Source of the DNA: a virus
Taxonomy: Duplodnaviria > Caudoviricetes
DNA: 64,000 nucleotides
Reading direction: 5' to 3' (one strand)
IMG/VR virus record: IMGVR_UViG_3300009701_000005
Coordinates: 1 to 64,000 of that record
In this document: positions 33,081 to 42,074 of the stretch, piece by piece
How the letters are laid out: every line of letters starts with the position of its first letter
Position numbering within the stretch: the first letter of the stretch is position 1
Made by a program: the position numbers and the translations under genes
The notes under the pieces: generated by a model
Database searches by the model: none
Seen by the model: only the letters and a program-made list of their open reading frames with translations
Told to the model about the DNA's origin: nothing

Positions 33081-34149
33081 TTATGAGAATTTAGGGTGGC
33101 CTTCTGCCAAAGTTATTAAAAAGAGTACCTATATAACCTTCAATGCAGATGGTACAATTAAGTACAACACTATTTGCACCTTTGAACTTCATTACCCCCG
33201 TTTAGTATTGTGTGAATTCAATACTCATCGGGCGTTCAGTAGAAACGCGGCTTCTAGCCGAGCCATACCATTTGTTAAAATGGTTGAGCAACTGAATGGC
33301 CGGCCGGTACGCTTTGGCGTTAACAAGGCAGGTATGGCTGACGGCGGCCCCCATGATGCCTTAGTGAAAATGCCAGGTACTAACGTTGATGTAACCCCTG
33401 AAGAATTATGGGAGAAGGCCCGAGATAACGCCGTTGAGTATGCAAGTGCATTGAACGATGCAGGCTACCATAAACAAGTAGTAAACCGTCTGACGGAGCC
33501 TTTCCAGATGATCAAGGCTATTGTCACCTCTACTGAATGGGACAATTTCTTTTGGCTAAGATATGATGAAGCTGCTGACCCTACGTTGCAAGAGTTGGCT
33601 AAGGAAATGCTTAAGGCTTATCTGGAAACTCCTGCTAAGTTACTTGGTAGCGGAGAATGGCATTTACCTTTTGTGCATACCTGTCGGGAAAATGACGTAC
33701 AGAAATTCTATATCAACGACCCCGAAGATGGAAGTGTACGTATTTACTTGAGTTTAGAAGAGGCTCAGAAGGTTTCGGCAGCAAGATGTGCAGCTGTTTC
33801 TTTCCGCCGAGTAGATTACACTCTGGAGAAATCTGTAGAAGTTTACAACAAATTGGTAGGTGCTGAACGTAAACACGCATCTGCATTTGAGCATCAAGCA
33901 AAGGTTCCCGAAGACGACGGTGCTATTAATGTTAAATGGGATCCTCAAACCTGGGAACCAGGTATTAGCCACGTAGATCGTCATGGTAACTTGTGGTCTG
34001 GTAATTTCAAAGGTTGGGTACAATTCCGTAAATTGATCCCAGGTGAAAACTATACAGAGTTCGATTACGACGCCCAATTACCTACATTATTCCCCGAAGA
34101 AGCTTTGGTTGAACCGGAACCTGAGCCTCAAGAATATTTGATAACTTAG
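33073..34149 (+). CDS. thyX: Flavin-dependent thymidylate synthase
   Basis: EFNTHRAFSRNAASSRAIP and HASAFEHQA motifs. Confidence 0.88.
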   Translation: MSNYENLGWPSAKVIKKSTYITFNADGTIKYNTICTFELHYPRLVLCEFNTHRAFSRNAASSRAIPFVKMVEQLNGRPVRFGVNKAGMADGGPHDALVKMPGTNVDVTPEELWEKARDNAVEYASALNDAGYHKQVVNRLTEPFQMIKAIVTSTEWDNFFWLRYDEAADPTLQELAKEMLKAYLETPAKLLGSGEWHLPFVHTCRENDVQKFYINDPEDGSVRIYLSLEEAQKVSAARCAAVSFRRVDYTLEKSVEVYNKLVGAERKHASAFEHQAKVPEDDGAINVKWDPQTWEPGISHVDRHGNLWSGNFKGWVQFRKLIPGENYTEFDYDAQLPTLFPEEALVEPEPEPQEYLIT

Positions 34150-34254
34150 ACAGGCTAACTTTACTCTGTAAGTAACCTCTGCTAAAATTAAAAATGAGGG
34201 GTGAAGGAAATTGATTTTACCCTTCATTTATACTTTAGATAAAGGAAAAACAAT

Positions 34255-34458
34255 ATGTCAAGCTTTGATAAAAATTATCCAAATCGTAAGGATCACGTAG
34301 TACAATACTACGATCATCGTGCTGAAACACCGTCCTGCCGTAATCACGGTAATTGCGAGAAATGCAAGGGTAATAGAACTTTTAATAAGGCTAAGTTAAA
34401 AGCAATAGCTGAAAGTGATATGAAGGAGCTTGACACCTTAGCGGTAACAGGTCTATAA
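34255..34458 (+). CDS. Small Cys-containing hypothetical protein
   Basis: CRNHGNCEKC; aagga SD. Confidence 0.65.
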   Translation: MSSFDKNYPNRKDHVVQYYDHRAETPSCRNHGNCEKCKGNRTFNKAKLKAIAESDMKELDTLAVTGL

Positions 34459-34465
34459 TTAACTC

Positions 34466-34783
34466 ATGACCTCTTCAAAAGATATTTCCAACACCCATTG
34501 CCCTCACGGGCATCTTAACGATGATGTAGCTAGGCTTGGTAAAAAGGGCTGCACACCTTGTTATGACGAAGCTATGACTATTCTTGCTAAATCTACGGTC
34601 GTAGGGCATTTGTTAAGAATGTTGTGGGATATCTTTAACTTTGAGTTTATATCGGCTTTTGGAGATCTGTATTTGGCATATATGAGATTGACTAGAAGTG
34701 GTTGTTATGATCCAGAAGGTAAAGACGAAACAAATTTTTACGCTTCAGGACATTTGGAGAGGCCGGAGAAGAAGAAAAAGTAG
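34466..34783 (+). CDS. Hypothetical protein
   Basis: 105-aa ORF. Confidence 0.65.
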   Translation: MTSSKDISNTHCPHGHLNDDVARLGKKGCTPCYDEAMTILAKSTVVGHLLRMLWDIFNFEFISAFGDLYLAYMRLTRSGCYDPEGKDETNFYASGHLERPEKKKK

Positions 34784-34818
34784 TATTGTAAGTAGTTGCA
34801 CATAGTAGTCCCTTTCTT

Positions 34819-34839
34819 CCCAGCTTCGGCTGGGTTTTT
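34819..34839 (+). terminator. Intrinsic terminator
   Basis: cccagc-TTCG-gctggg-ttttt. Confidence 0.8.
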
Positions 34840-34860
34840 ATTTATGTATCGAGAAACGTA

Positions 34861-35301
34861 ATGTCATTGTTAAATAAGATCAAAGAGGCTTCTACAGAAG
34901 CTAGATTTAAAGCAATTCAAGATAAAACTAAATGTGGCCTAGCCTTAGTTTTGACTACTCTGTATGCTGAAGCTGCTAGAGTGGGCAAAGACAGGGGTAA
35001 TCGAGATAGTACTGACGAAGAAGTAATAGCTGTTATCAAGAAAAACATTGCAGGTGCTGAAGAGTGTTTAAAAGTAGCTCAGCACAAAGAAAAGTACGAA
35101 TTTGAAATAGAAGTCCTTTCAACTCTTTTACCTAAGCAACTCACGGAAGAGGAATTGAAGGCTAAAGTAAATGAGCTTATTGCTGAAGGCGTTAAAAATC
35201 TTGGACTAATCATGAAACATTTCAAAGAAAAATACGCAGGGCTGTATGACGGTAATAAGTTGTCAGGTATTGTTAAGCAAGAACTTTTCAATATTTCATA
35301 A
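34861..35301 (+). CDS. GatB/YqeY domain protein
   Basis: STDEEVIAVIKK, EIEVLSTLLPKQLTEEEL, LGLIMK. Confidence 0.82.
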   Translation: MSLLNKIKEASTEARFKAIQDKTKCGLALVLTTLYAEAARVGKDRGNRDSTDEEVIAVIKKNIAGAEECLKVAQHKEKYEFEIEVLSTLLPKQLTEEELKAKVNELIAEGVKNLGLIMKHFKEKYAGLYDGNKLSGIVKQELFNIS

Positions 35302-35315
35302 ATCCTTGGTATAAG
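35287..35315 (+). promoter_or_regulatory. Phage promoter TTCAAT-N17-TATAAG
   Basis: Recurring motif. Confidence 0.75.
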
Positions 35316-35390
35316 GTTGTTGCAGGGATAAATGCCTGTTTCTTTAGCTAAAGCAACACACATAACAAATTAAAATTAAAAGAGAAAATA

Positions 35391-35651
35391 ATGAGTAGCT
35401 TCAATTTGGTCAAAATGGGACATATTTTTGTTCAGAATGTGGTTAAACTGCAATATGCAGTCGGCTTGAATCAGCGTGATTTCGCAGCACATATTGGTGT
35501 TAGTGAATCTACTCTTCGCCGTATTCAACGTCACCACCTTCAAAAACTTGGCTACAGTCCACAATTCGGAACTACTGCCAAAGCGGCACTATTTGCTGGA
35601 GTATCAGTTGACGATTTGATGAAGACACGTCTCAATTTCGTTAAGCAATAA
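35391..35651 (+). CDS. XRE-family helix-turn-helix protein
   Basis: GLNQRDFAAHIGVSESTLRRI. Confidence 0.75.
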   Translation: MSSFNLVKMGHIFVQNVVKLQYAVGLNQRDFAAHIGVSESTLRRIQRHHLQKLGYSPQFGTTAKAALFAGVSVDDLMKTRLNFVKQ

Positions 35652-35697
35652 AGTAGTAGCGGTAAACTTGTAACGTTAATTTCACGGGAGAACATCG

Positions 35698-35910
35698 ATG
35701 AAGATAGGTGCAGAGATTATTAACGTAACGGAATATGAAGAAGGTTTTGCAATTCTTCAAGACAACGCAGGAAAATTTTTATACACCAAAGACAATCCAA
35801 ACCCAATTCCATTACCGGATTGGGAAGAACAGGACCTTATAACAAAGGCCTGGTTTGGCAATAAAAATCCCTGTGCCTTGTTGCAAAGCAGGTCAGCTAT
35901 GTTGACTTAA
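35698..35910 (+). CDS. Hypothetical protein
   Basis: gggag SD. Confidence 0.6.
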   Translation: MKIGAEIINVTEYEEGFAILQDNAGKFLYTKDNPNPIPLPDWEEQDLITKAWFGNKNPCALLQSRSAMLT

Positions 35911-37046
35911 GAAAGTATTAGGGTTCGGAGCCACCCTTTCAGAAGGCTCCCACGAGATCAGTATTTAGTATAAAACTAATGAAGGCAGCAACTTCCTTCT
36001 TTAATTTTCTCCCAGATGGTGAGTAGAACCAGTGGACTTCCACGGATCCTGGCTGGAGCTGCAGCTGAACTAGTATTGTGCCGGCGGCCAGGCGCTCCAA
36101 CGAATCATCGAGTGACTCGTAATTTGTATTGGATTGAGACTCCCTTCAATCCTTCATGACTTAATGTATTAAGACCTTCTTTGCTATCGAAAATGAGATT
36201 GTAGAACGGTCGGCCAATTGTAACAATTGGCATAACGTCCCCTCGGCCGGTGGCCAAGGAAAAGAAAAGGACATGAATCTAGAGTCCTCAGGTGGGACCA
36301 TTTAAAGCCCTTTAAATGAATCCTGGATCCTGGAGACGTAACGCGCATGAGATTAAGTTAAATACCTTTAGTATTCATAGCAAGGCATTAAATTTGCAAC
36401 TGATTAGATACTTTTCAGTGTATACTTGTTATACTGCGTGACATCGCTCCGGCAACAAAGTCCTGACTACGCTTATCGCTTCGTTCAGGACTTTGCGGCC
36501 GACGCTCTGTCACTCCCGTATAACCAGGAGATGGGGGTGAGCCCATCGAGTAAAGGTATAGTTTTAAGTTTTAAGCTTTAGTATTTTGAAGTCAGAAGTC
36601 AGTCGCGCTGACTGGGAATTAGTTACTTTTTCCTAACATTTTGTGCTACGCACGTACCAAAGTGGTATTAGGCGGAGACGACAGGGCACCAGAATTATAA
36701 GTATACCTTACTTATAATAATTTAGGATCCGCGGGCCCAGTACACGTCTCCCAGATGCCACGAGTAAAGCTTATAGTTGTTGCGATTCAAGTTTTAGTAT
36801 CATTGTTGTATTAGTATCAGTGAATAGTTACTGTTCACACATATTATAGCCTTTTCAAGGAGTTCTCGTCTCCGATTGTCGACTCGAACCCTTTGCAAGG
36901 CCTACGGACTGGGGATGACATCTCCACGAGTAAAACTTGAAAATTTGATTATTAATACCCAGGGTTAATGCGAAATCGGTACGCAATTGAAGATATAAAA
37001 AATCTTTTCAATCACCCTGTTTTTTTAGTTTTTAAAAGGATATAAA
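35911..37046. other. Long (~1.1 kb) non-coding, inverted-repeat-rich region
   Basis: No ORF of 60 aa or more in track; several hairpins; repeated CCACGAGTAAA. Confidence 0.6.
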
Positions 37047-37355
37047 TTGAATCTTAGTCTTGACTATGACGATACGTACACTCGGGATCCTTCTGCTTGG
37101 GATGAATTTATTGAGCTGATGCGACGTAAAGGTCATAAAGTTTATTTAGTAACTTGGCGAAAGCCTGGAGAATCTGCAGAGGTCTATTTGCAATTACAAA
37201 ATAAAGTAGATGGCATTTATTGTACCAGCAGAGTGGCTAAAGAGAAATATATGTATTCCCAAGGCATTAGGATAGATGTATGGATTGATGACATGCCTTT
37301 CACGATTTTGGAGAGCCAAACTCCTATAATTACTTTTGGCGGACAAAGCAGTTAA
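37047..37355 (+). CDS. HAD-superfamily phosphatase-like protein
   Basis: LDYDDT (motif I), VTWR, WIDD. Confidence 0.7.
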   Translation: MNLSLDYDDTYTRDPSAWDEFIELMRRKGHKVYLVTWRKPGESAEVYLQLQNKVDGIYCTSRVAKEKYMYSQGIRIDVWIDDMPFTILESQTPIITFGGQSS

Positions 37356-37387
37356 AATATTATATAATACAAGGAAAATATTAACAC

Positions 37388-37567
37388 ATGATCAACTTTA
37401 ACATTTCAATTGACCCGACTAACGCTGCTGCAGCAACCTGGGCTACAGGACTGATTAGCGCTATTGCTGCGTATTGTACAGCTAACCCAGTAGGCGGGAC
37501 CGGAGCAGGTACAAATACAGGTACTACAACCCCGACCCCTACTCCGTCAAATAACCCTTTGCTATAA
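37388..37567 (+). CDS. Small Ala/Thr/Gly-rich protein (59 aa)
   Basis: aagga SD; open frame abutting next gene. Confidence 0.55.
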   Translation: MINFNISIDPTNAAAATWATGLISAIAAYCTANPVGGTGAGTNTGTTTPTPTPSNNPLL

Positions 37568-37568
37568 T

Positions 37569-37898
37569 ATGAAATCTATAATTGCTCTTTCATCATTAGT
37601 TCTTTTAACTGGATGCGTCAACTTATACGCAGGCATATCTCAATATGAGATTAAACCGTTCAAAGACGAAACGGGGACTGAAATTTGCTGCATGGTAAAC
37701 GTAATATCCGGCAAAAATGAAGGGGCGGTTACGGCACATATCCAAAAGAATGGGGATACTTTTGTAATTGATTTAAAAGAAAGTCAAATAAACTCGGCAG
37801 CAAGTATTACAGCTGCAACAAGTTCAGTTTCAGATGTGGCAAAAGCAGTAGATGATACTGCAATAACAGTTCAACAAATAACCAAGAAAGTTCCATAA
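37569..37898 (+). CDS. Putative lipoprotein
   Basis: Lipobox LTGC. Confidence 0.7.
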   Translation: MKSIIALSSLVLLTGCVNLYAGISQYEIKPFKDETGTEICCMVNVISGKNEGAVTAHIQKNGDTFVIDLKESQINSAASITAATSSVSDVAKAVDDTAITVQQITKKVP

Positions 37899-37900
37899 AA

Positions 37901-38413
37901 ATGACTATCAAGAAAACACTTTTAGTTTTGGCAACAATGATCGGCCTAGCAGCCTGCACAACCCCTGTAACTATTAACGGTACCCCTCAAACCCCTGCAC
38001 AAATCGCAGCTATTGTTTGTCCTATCGTTAATTCCGATTTGGCGGCTTTGCAACAGTTAACTGACATTTCTGCATCCGACAAGGCGGCAATTCAAACTAA
38101 GCTACAGCCAATTGTAACCGCAGCTTGTGCTGCAACAGGTACTGTGAATATTAGCAATCTGCAGTCCTTGGCAACTACTGGCTACCCAGTAGCACAATCC
38201 TTGATTCAAAATTCCAGTTTGAATGCTGCGGATAAGAGCAATGCCTTGATTGCATTGAATTTGCTCAATGGCACATTACAGGCAGTATTGGCAGCAGACC
38301 CCGCCGCAAACGTTGTTATTGTTCCAACCCCTGCCGCAACATCGGCTTCGTTGGCGACACCTTTGGTTCCTACAACTCCTGGTGTGACAGCGGCCCCTTC
38401 GACAAGTAAGTAA
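37901..38413 (+). CDS. Putative lipoprotein
   Basis: Lipobox LAAC, A/T/P-rich tail. Confidence 0.7.
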   Translation: MTIKKTLLVLATMIGLAACTTPVTINGTPQTPAQIAAIVCPIVNSDLAALQQLTDISASDKAAIQTKLQPIVTAACAATGTVNISNLQSLATTGYPVAQSLIQNSSLNAADKSNALIALNLLNGTLQAVLAADPAANVVIVPTPAATSASLATPLVPTTPGVTAAPSTSK

Positions 38414-38415
38414 TC

Positions 38416-39108
38416 ATGATACCTAACACCGATGCTGCATGGTTGGCCTGCATTGCTATTTATGACCCTATAACTCCGAATATTTTTGACCAGATTCTGC
38501 GTGTTGAAGATGATGTCATAGGATTAAAAGTGGTAGGAGACGATATCGTCATCTGCATTGCAGGATCAGAAACTAAAGCCATGTGGAAAGATAATTTGGA
38601 GATTTTCCCAGTTGACAATCCGGTGTTAGGTAAAATGCACAGTGGCTTCTTTAAGCCTGCTCAAGCTATTTATGAGCAAGTGAAACCGTTGATATGGTGT
38701 AAAAATATAGTAATCACGGGGCATTCAAGAGGAGCAGCTATAGCCGGATGTTTAGCTGCTCTTTTTAACTTAGATTCGATGATAGTGTCTCAACTGTTCT
38801 TATTTGAATGCCCTAAGTTTTGCTACCAGAAAGGCGCGGACTTCCTAGCAGCCAGATTAGCCGATAAAATGATAGGCCAAGTCTTGTCTACTATAAACGG
38901 AGAAGATGCAGTTCCTTTCGTTCCAGACATTATAGGATTCGACTACGTTCCTCCTTTTTTAGCCAGGGTGGATTTACAGCAACCCCCAGGTTCTTTTAGG
39001 AAAGATATTGATCCTATAGAATGGCATCTTGGGGGAACTATATACGAGGGTGTCAAAAAGCTATGGCCGGGCGAAAAATCCGTAGTTAATAATTCAACCA
39101 TAGCCTAA
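38416..39108 (+). CDS. Class 3 lipase-like alpha/beta hydrolase
   Basis: IAGSE, MHSGF, GHSRG nucleophile elbow, DAVP, late His. Confidence 0.8.
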   Translation: MIPNTDAAWLACIAIYDPITPNIFDQILRVEDDVIGLKVVGDDIVICIAGSETKAMWKDNLEIFPVDNPVLGKMHSGFFKPAQAIYEQVKPLIWCKNIVITGHSRGAAIAGCLAALFNLDSMIVSQLFLFECPKFCYQKGADFLAARLADKMIGQVLSTINGEDAVPFVPDIIGFDYVPPFLARVDLQQPPGSFRKDIDPIEWHLGGTIYEGVKKLWPGEKSVVNNSTIA

Positions 39109-39121
39109 TTTTTGGTATAAG
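39093..39121 (+). promoter_or_regulatory. Phage promoter TTCAAC-N17-TATAAG
   Basis: Recurring motif. Confidence 0.75.
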
Positions 39122-39208
39122 TAATGTAGAGGAGCCATGTTTTTACATGGCTTTTTATTTTGTAAGAAGTATATAAGCGGGGAATGGGTAATGCAAACGG
39201 GGTAGTCT

Positions 39209-39427
39209 ATGAATACAACTCAAAAACAAAAACCGGTACACACGCAGGCGCTTATTGATCAGCAAGAATTCGAGGCGTCAACTAGAACAGCTAAAAAATG
39301 GCTGGAACACATTGTCAATGATGTGAATTGGCCTGAATCTGAAAGGTCTTCGGCTCGAATCCTATTGAAGAAAATTCAAGATAAGGATAAAGAGTTAGCC
39401 GCTATCAAAGCTCAAACGGTTCATTAG
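39209..39427 (+). CDS. Hypothetical protein
   Basis: 72-aa ORF. Confidence 0.6.
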   Translation: MNTTQKQKPVHTQALIDQQEFEASTRTAKKWLEHIVNDVNWPESERSSARILLKKIQDKDKELAAIKAQTVH

Positions 39428-39561
39428 TAAGAGGGGTGTAACATGCGAGCATTTTTCTACGGTGTTAATTTGATGTTGTTGTTGGCAATTGCAGTGACTG
39501 CCTCTGCTGTCGAAGAGGCTTATGATAAATATCAATTCAAACGCAAGCTAAGGAGAATCAA

Positions 39562-39963
39562 ATGATTATCACAGCAAGTCAAATGGGCTGGACGGTTATG
39601 GGCATCGTGGCCTTTATGGTTATCGCCTCGTTGTATATAGTGGCAACAGCGAAAGTAAGGGATTTTGACGCCCCAGATACTCTTCTAGGAGAGATGAGGG
39701 AACCTGGGGGTATCTCCGCCCCTACTGAGTTTACTCCACAAGAAATAGAGTTTCTCAAGGAATATGCTAGAATTCGAGGTAAGACTTTCAATCCCGGAAT
39801 TATGAACCGATATCAAATTGATCTTTATAAAGAATTGTATAAGCTCGAAGACGATATCTGCAACGAAAGGTTGGGTCGAGGATACTGGTTCTGTCAAAAT
39901 ACTCCAACCCAAGTGTTGCAAAAACGCAATCTGGAAATTCAACGGGAACTAGGCTTGCTATGA
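39562..39963 (+). CDS. Membrane-anchored hypothetical protein
   Basis: N-terminal TM, aaggag SD. Confidence 0.7.
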   Translation: MIITASQMGWTVMGIVAFMVIASLYIVATAKVRDFDAPDTLLGEMREPGGISAPTEFTPQEIEFLKEYARIRGKTFNPGIMNRYQIDLYKELYKLEDDICNERLGRGYWFCQNTPTQVLQKRNLEIQRELGLL

Positions 39964-40256
39964 GCATTCTTTGCAAATTATTAGGTCATAAGCCTTTCAG
40001 GTATGACAGGAACGAAACTTCTCCTCACCTATACATTCAGGATATCAATGCACGAGAATGCGAAAAGAAAGATCTGGCAATTTCCTTCAATTCTCTATGT
40101 GAAAGATGTGCGGAAAATTACGTAGTTGGCCACGCCCTCTTTCATAGTGTGGACTTCCGAATGACGGAATATATCAAAGAAAACCCGGATTCCTTTTTAA
40201 AAGAATCTGAAAAAGATAAGTTCCCCCCAATTTTGCCGGAATTATTAGGGAACTAA
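39960..40256 (+). CDS. Hypothetical protein (CKLLGH motif)
   Basis: ATGA overlap. Confidence 0.65.
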   Translation: MSILCKLLGHKPFRYDRNETSPHLYIQDINARECEKKDLAISFNSLCERCAENYVVGHALFHSVDFRMTEYIKENPDSFLKESEKDKFPPILPELLGN

Positions 40257-40425
40257 CCCGTCGTGTTCAAACTTTTCAAATTCTGCTATCATAGATGGTC
40301 TCGATGGGGCTTCTTGTATTATTCCAATTCCATAGAGAGATTTATAAAGGCAAAATACTGTGAAAAATGTGGGGCAGTGAGGAAGGAGTGTCGCGGAACT
40401 TTATCAAAATCCTAGGGAGTAGATA

Positions 40426-40614
40426 ATGTTTAACGTCTTGGAGATAGCTGAATCAGAGCCTTTGACCAGAGAACATTACGAAAGTACTATTCGTGATCTA
40501 CGTTTGAAAGTTGGAATTCTGGAGCGTGAACTTAGTGAACTGAAGGGGCAGCCTGGATTAGGTTTCTGTCAGAAATCTAAGAAAACCCCTTTCAATGTAC
40601 CTAATGAGCTTTAA
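40426..40614 (+). CDS. Hypothetical protein
   Basis: gggag SD. Confidence 0.6.
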   Translation: MFNVLEIAESEPLTREHYESTIRDLRLKVGILERELSELKGQPGLGFCQKSKKTPFNVPNEL

Positions 40615-40663
40615 AATAGAAACACAGGGGCCGCAGAGCCCCATTTTTACCTGGGAGAAATAA

Positions 40664-41263
40664 ATGAATTGGTTTCAAAAACTATTGGTTTGGATTGGCG
40701 GAATTAACGTACAGGAAGTAAAACAAGTGGAATCACAAATAAAACAACAAGCGGACGAAGTCTTTACAGATGTTGACGCTTTGAAACAAAATGCAATTAA
40801 TGTCGTAACAGCACCTACTGAAGAGAACGTAGTTACGGCCAAGGTATCGGCTCAAAAAACCGTTAAGGATTTGGCTGAGATTCGTTCAGACATCGAAACT
40901 CAATTGGCTACAGACCCTAATCTTGCAGGGATTCACAAATTCATAGAAACTGTTAGCAATCTCCCTCGTGTTAAAGACACTGAGGCTAAGTTTTTAGCTG
41001 CGGCGGATTTCCTGAAGATGGATGGTCAAACTCTGGCCGCGTCGGGTCAGGATTTTATCTCTACTCTGAATAAACTTGTAACTGATACTAGTAATGGTGC
41101 CACAGACAGCATGGCTGGGGATATTCAGCAATTGGAGAAAGATTTAGCTACTGCCAAGCAAAAACTTGCGGATCAACTAACTACGATCCGTTCTGCCGGC
41201 TCAGCTATTCGTGATGAATTCTCTGTTATTCTACAAGGCATTCAAACACATATTAAGTCATAA
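40664..41263 (+). CDS. Coiled-coil hypothetical protein
   Basis: gggag SD; helical. Confidence 0.75.
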   Translation: MNWFQKLLVWIGGINVQEVKQVESQIKQQADEVFTDVDALKQNAINVVTAPTEENVVTAKVSAQKTVKDLAEIRSDIETQLATDPNLAGIHKFIETVSNLPRVKDTEAKFLAAADFLKMDGQTLAASGQDFISTLNKLVTDTSNGATDSMAGDIQQLEKDLATAKQKLADQLTTIRSAGSAIRDEFSVILQGIQTHIKS

Positions 41264-41284
41264 AACTTGCCTTAAGGGGTAAAA

Positions 41285-41548
41285 ATGATTTATTGGTTTA
41301 AACTGTTTTTCAAACGATTTTTCCATATCCATGATTATGGGTATTGGGAGATTATTAAAAGCGGTCCTGTAGTAGATACGGAAACTGGCAAGATTGTAGG
41401 TAATTACCATGATATTAGGCGTGTTTGCAAAGATGGTTGGCGTTGGTTTATTCGCCTTTCTAGAAATACGGATAGGCAGAAGAGCATGACCAATGAGTTA
41501 CGTAAACAAGTTCAGGTGTATTTGGAATATCCAAAAGCAGGATGGTAA
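41285..41548 (+). CDS. Hypothetical protein
   Basis: 87-aa ORF. Confidence 0.6.
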   Translation: MIYWFKLFFKRFFHIHDYGYWEIIKSGPVVDTETGKIVGNYHDIRRVCKDGWRWFIRLSRNTDRQKSMTNELRKQVQVYLEYPKAGW

Positions 41549-41574
41549 GTATTACCAAGAGAAAGGGTAGGGGT

Positions 41575-41603
41575 TTCAACAACCCTTTCTTTTTTGGTAC
41601 AAG
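41575..41603 (+). promoter_or_regulatory. Phage promoter variant TTCAAC-N17-TACAAG
   Basis: Recurring motif with one mismatch. Confidence 0.6.
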
Positions 41604-41625
41604 AGAATTAGGAGGTATCTCTATC

Positions 41626-41832
41626 ATGAAGTTCAAAACGATAACAACGAAAGTTATAAAGTTGAATGAATTATCTCAAGCAGTACTTGACGAGATATGG
41701 CCAAAAGGTGAACCTCTTTTTTGGGTAAAAGTGCCTAAAAGCATCAAAGAAGTCGAGAATAATCCAGAGTGGAATAACGTTTGCAAAGAAGCAGACTTCT
41801 CTCCTGGAGAGTATATTCTTATAGAAAAATAA
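41626..41832 (+). CDS. Hypothetical protein, paralogue of next ORF
   Basis: ggaggt SD before ATG 41626. Confidence 0.65.
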   Translation: MKFKTITTKVIKLNELSQAVLDEIWPKGEPLFWVKVPKSIKEVENNPEWNNVCKEADFSPGEYILIEK

Positions 41833-41838
41833 CGATAA

Positions 41839-42054
41839 ATGACAAAACGCGAACGCAGATTTTTAAGCTTTAAGGATTTCCCTAAGGAGCTTCAGGATGA
41901 ACTTGTTCCAGATGATGGGGATAAGCCATATTTATTTCTTGTCCTATTTGTACCTAAAGAGGGTAGAGTAGATGAGAAAAGGCCTATATGGTCAAAATAT
42001 TGTTTAGACAATGATTTCATTCCTGGTGAAGATGTGTTCGCGGATTTTAATTAA
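41839..42054 (+). CDS. Hypothetical protein, paralogue of previous ORF
   Basis: Shared W..(V/Y)C...DF.PGE. Confidence 0.65.
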   Translation: MTKRERRFLSFKDFPKELQDELVPDDGDKPYLFLVLFVPKEGRVDEKRPIWSKYCLDNDFIPGEDVFADFN

Positions 42055-42074
42055 ATGTTGAATAGAAAGTAGAG

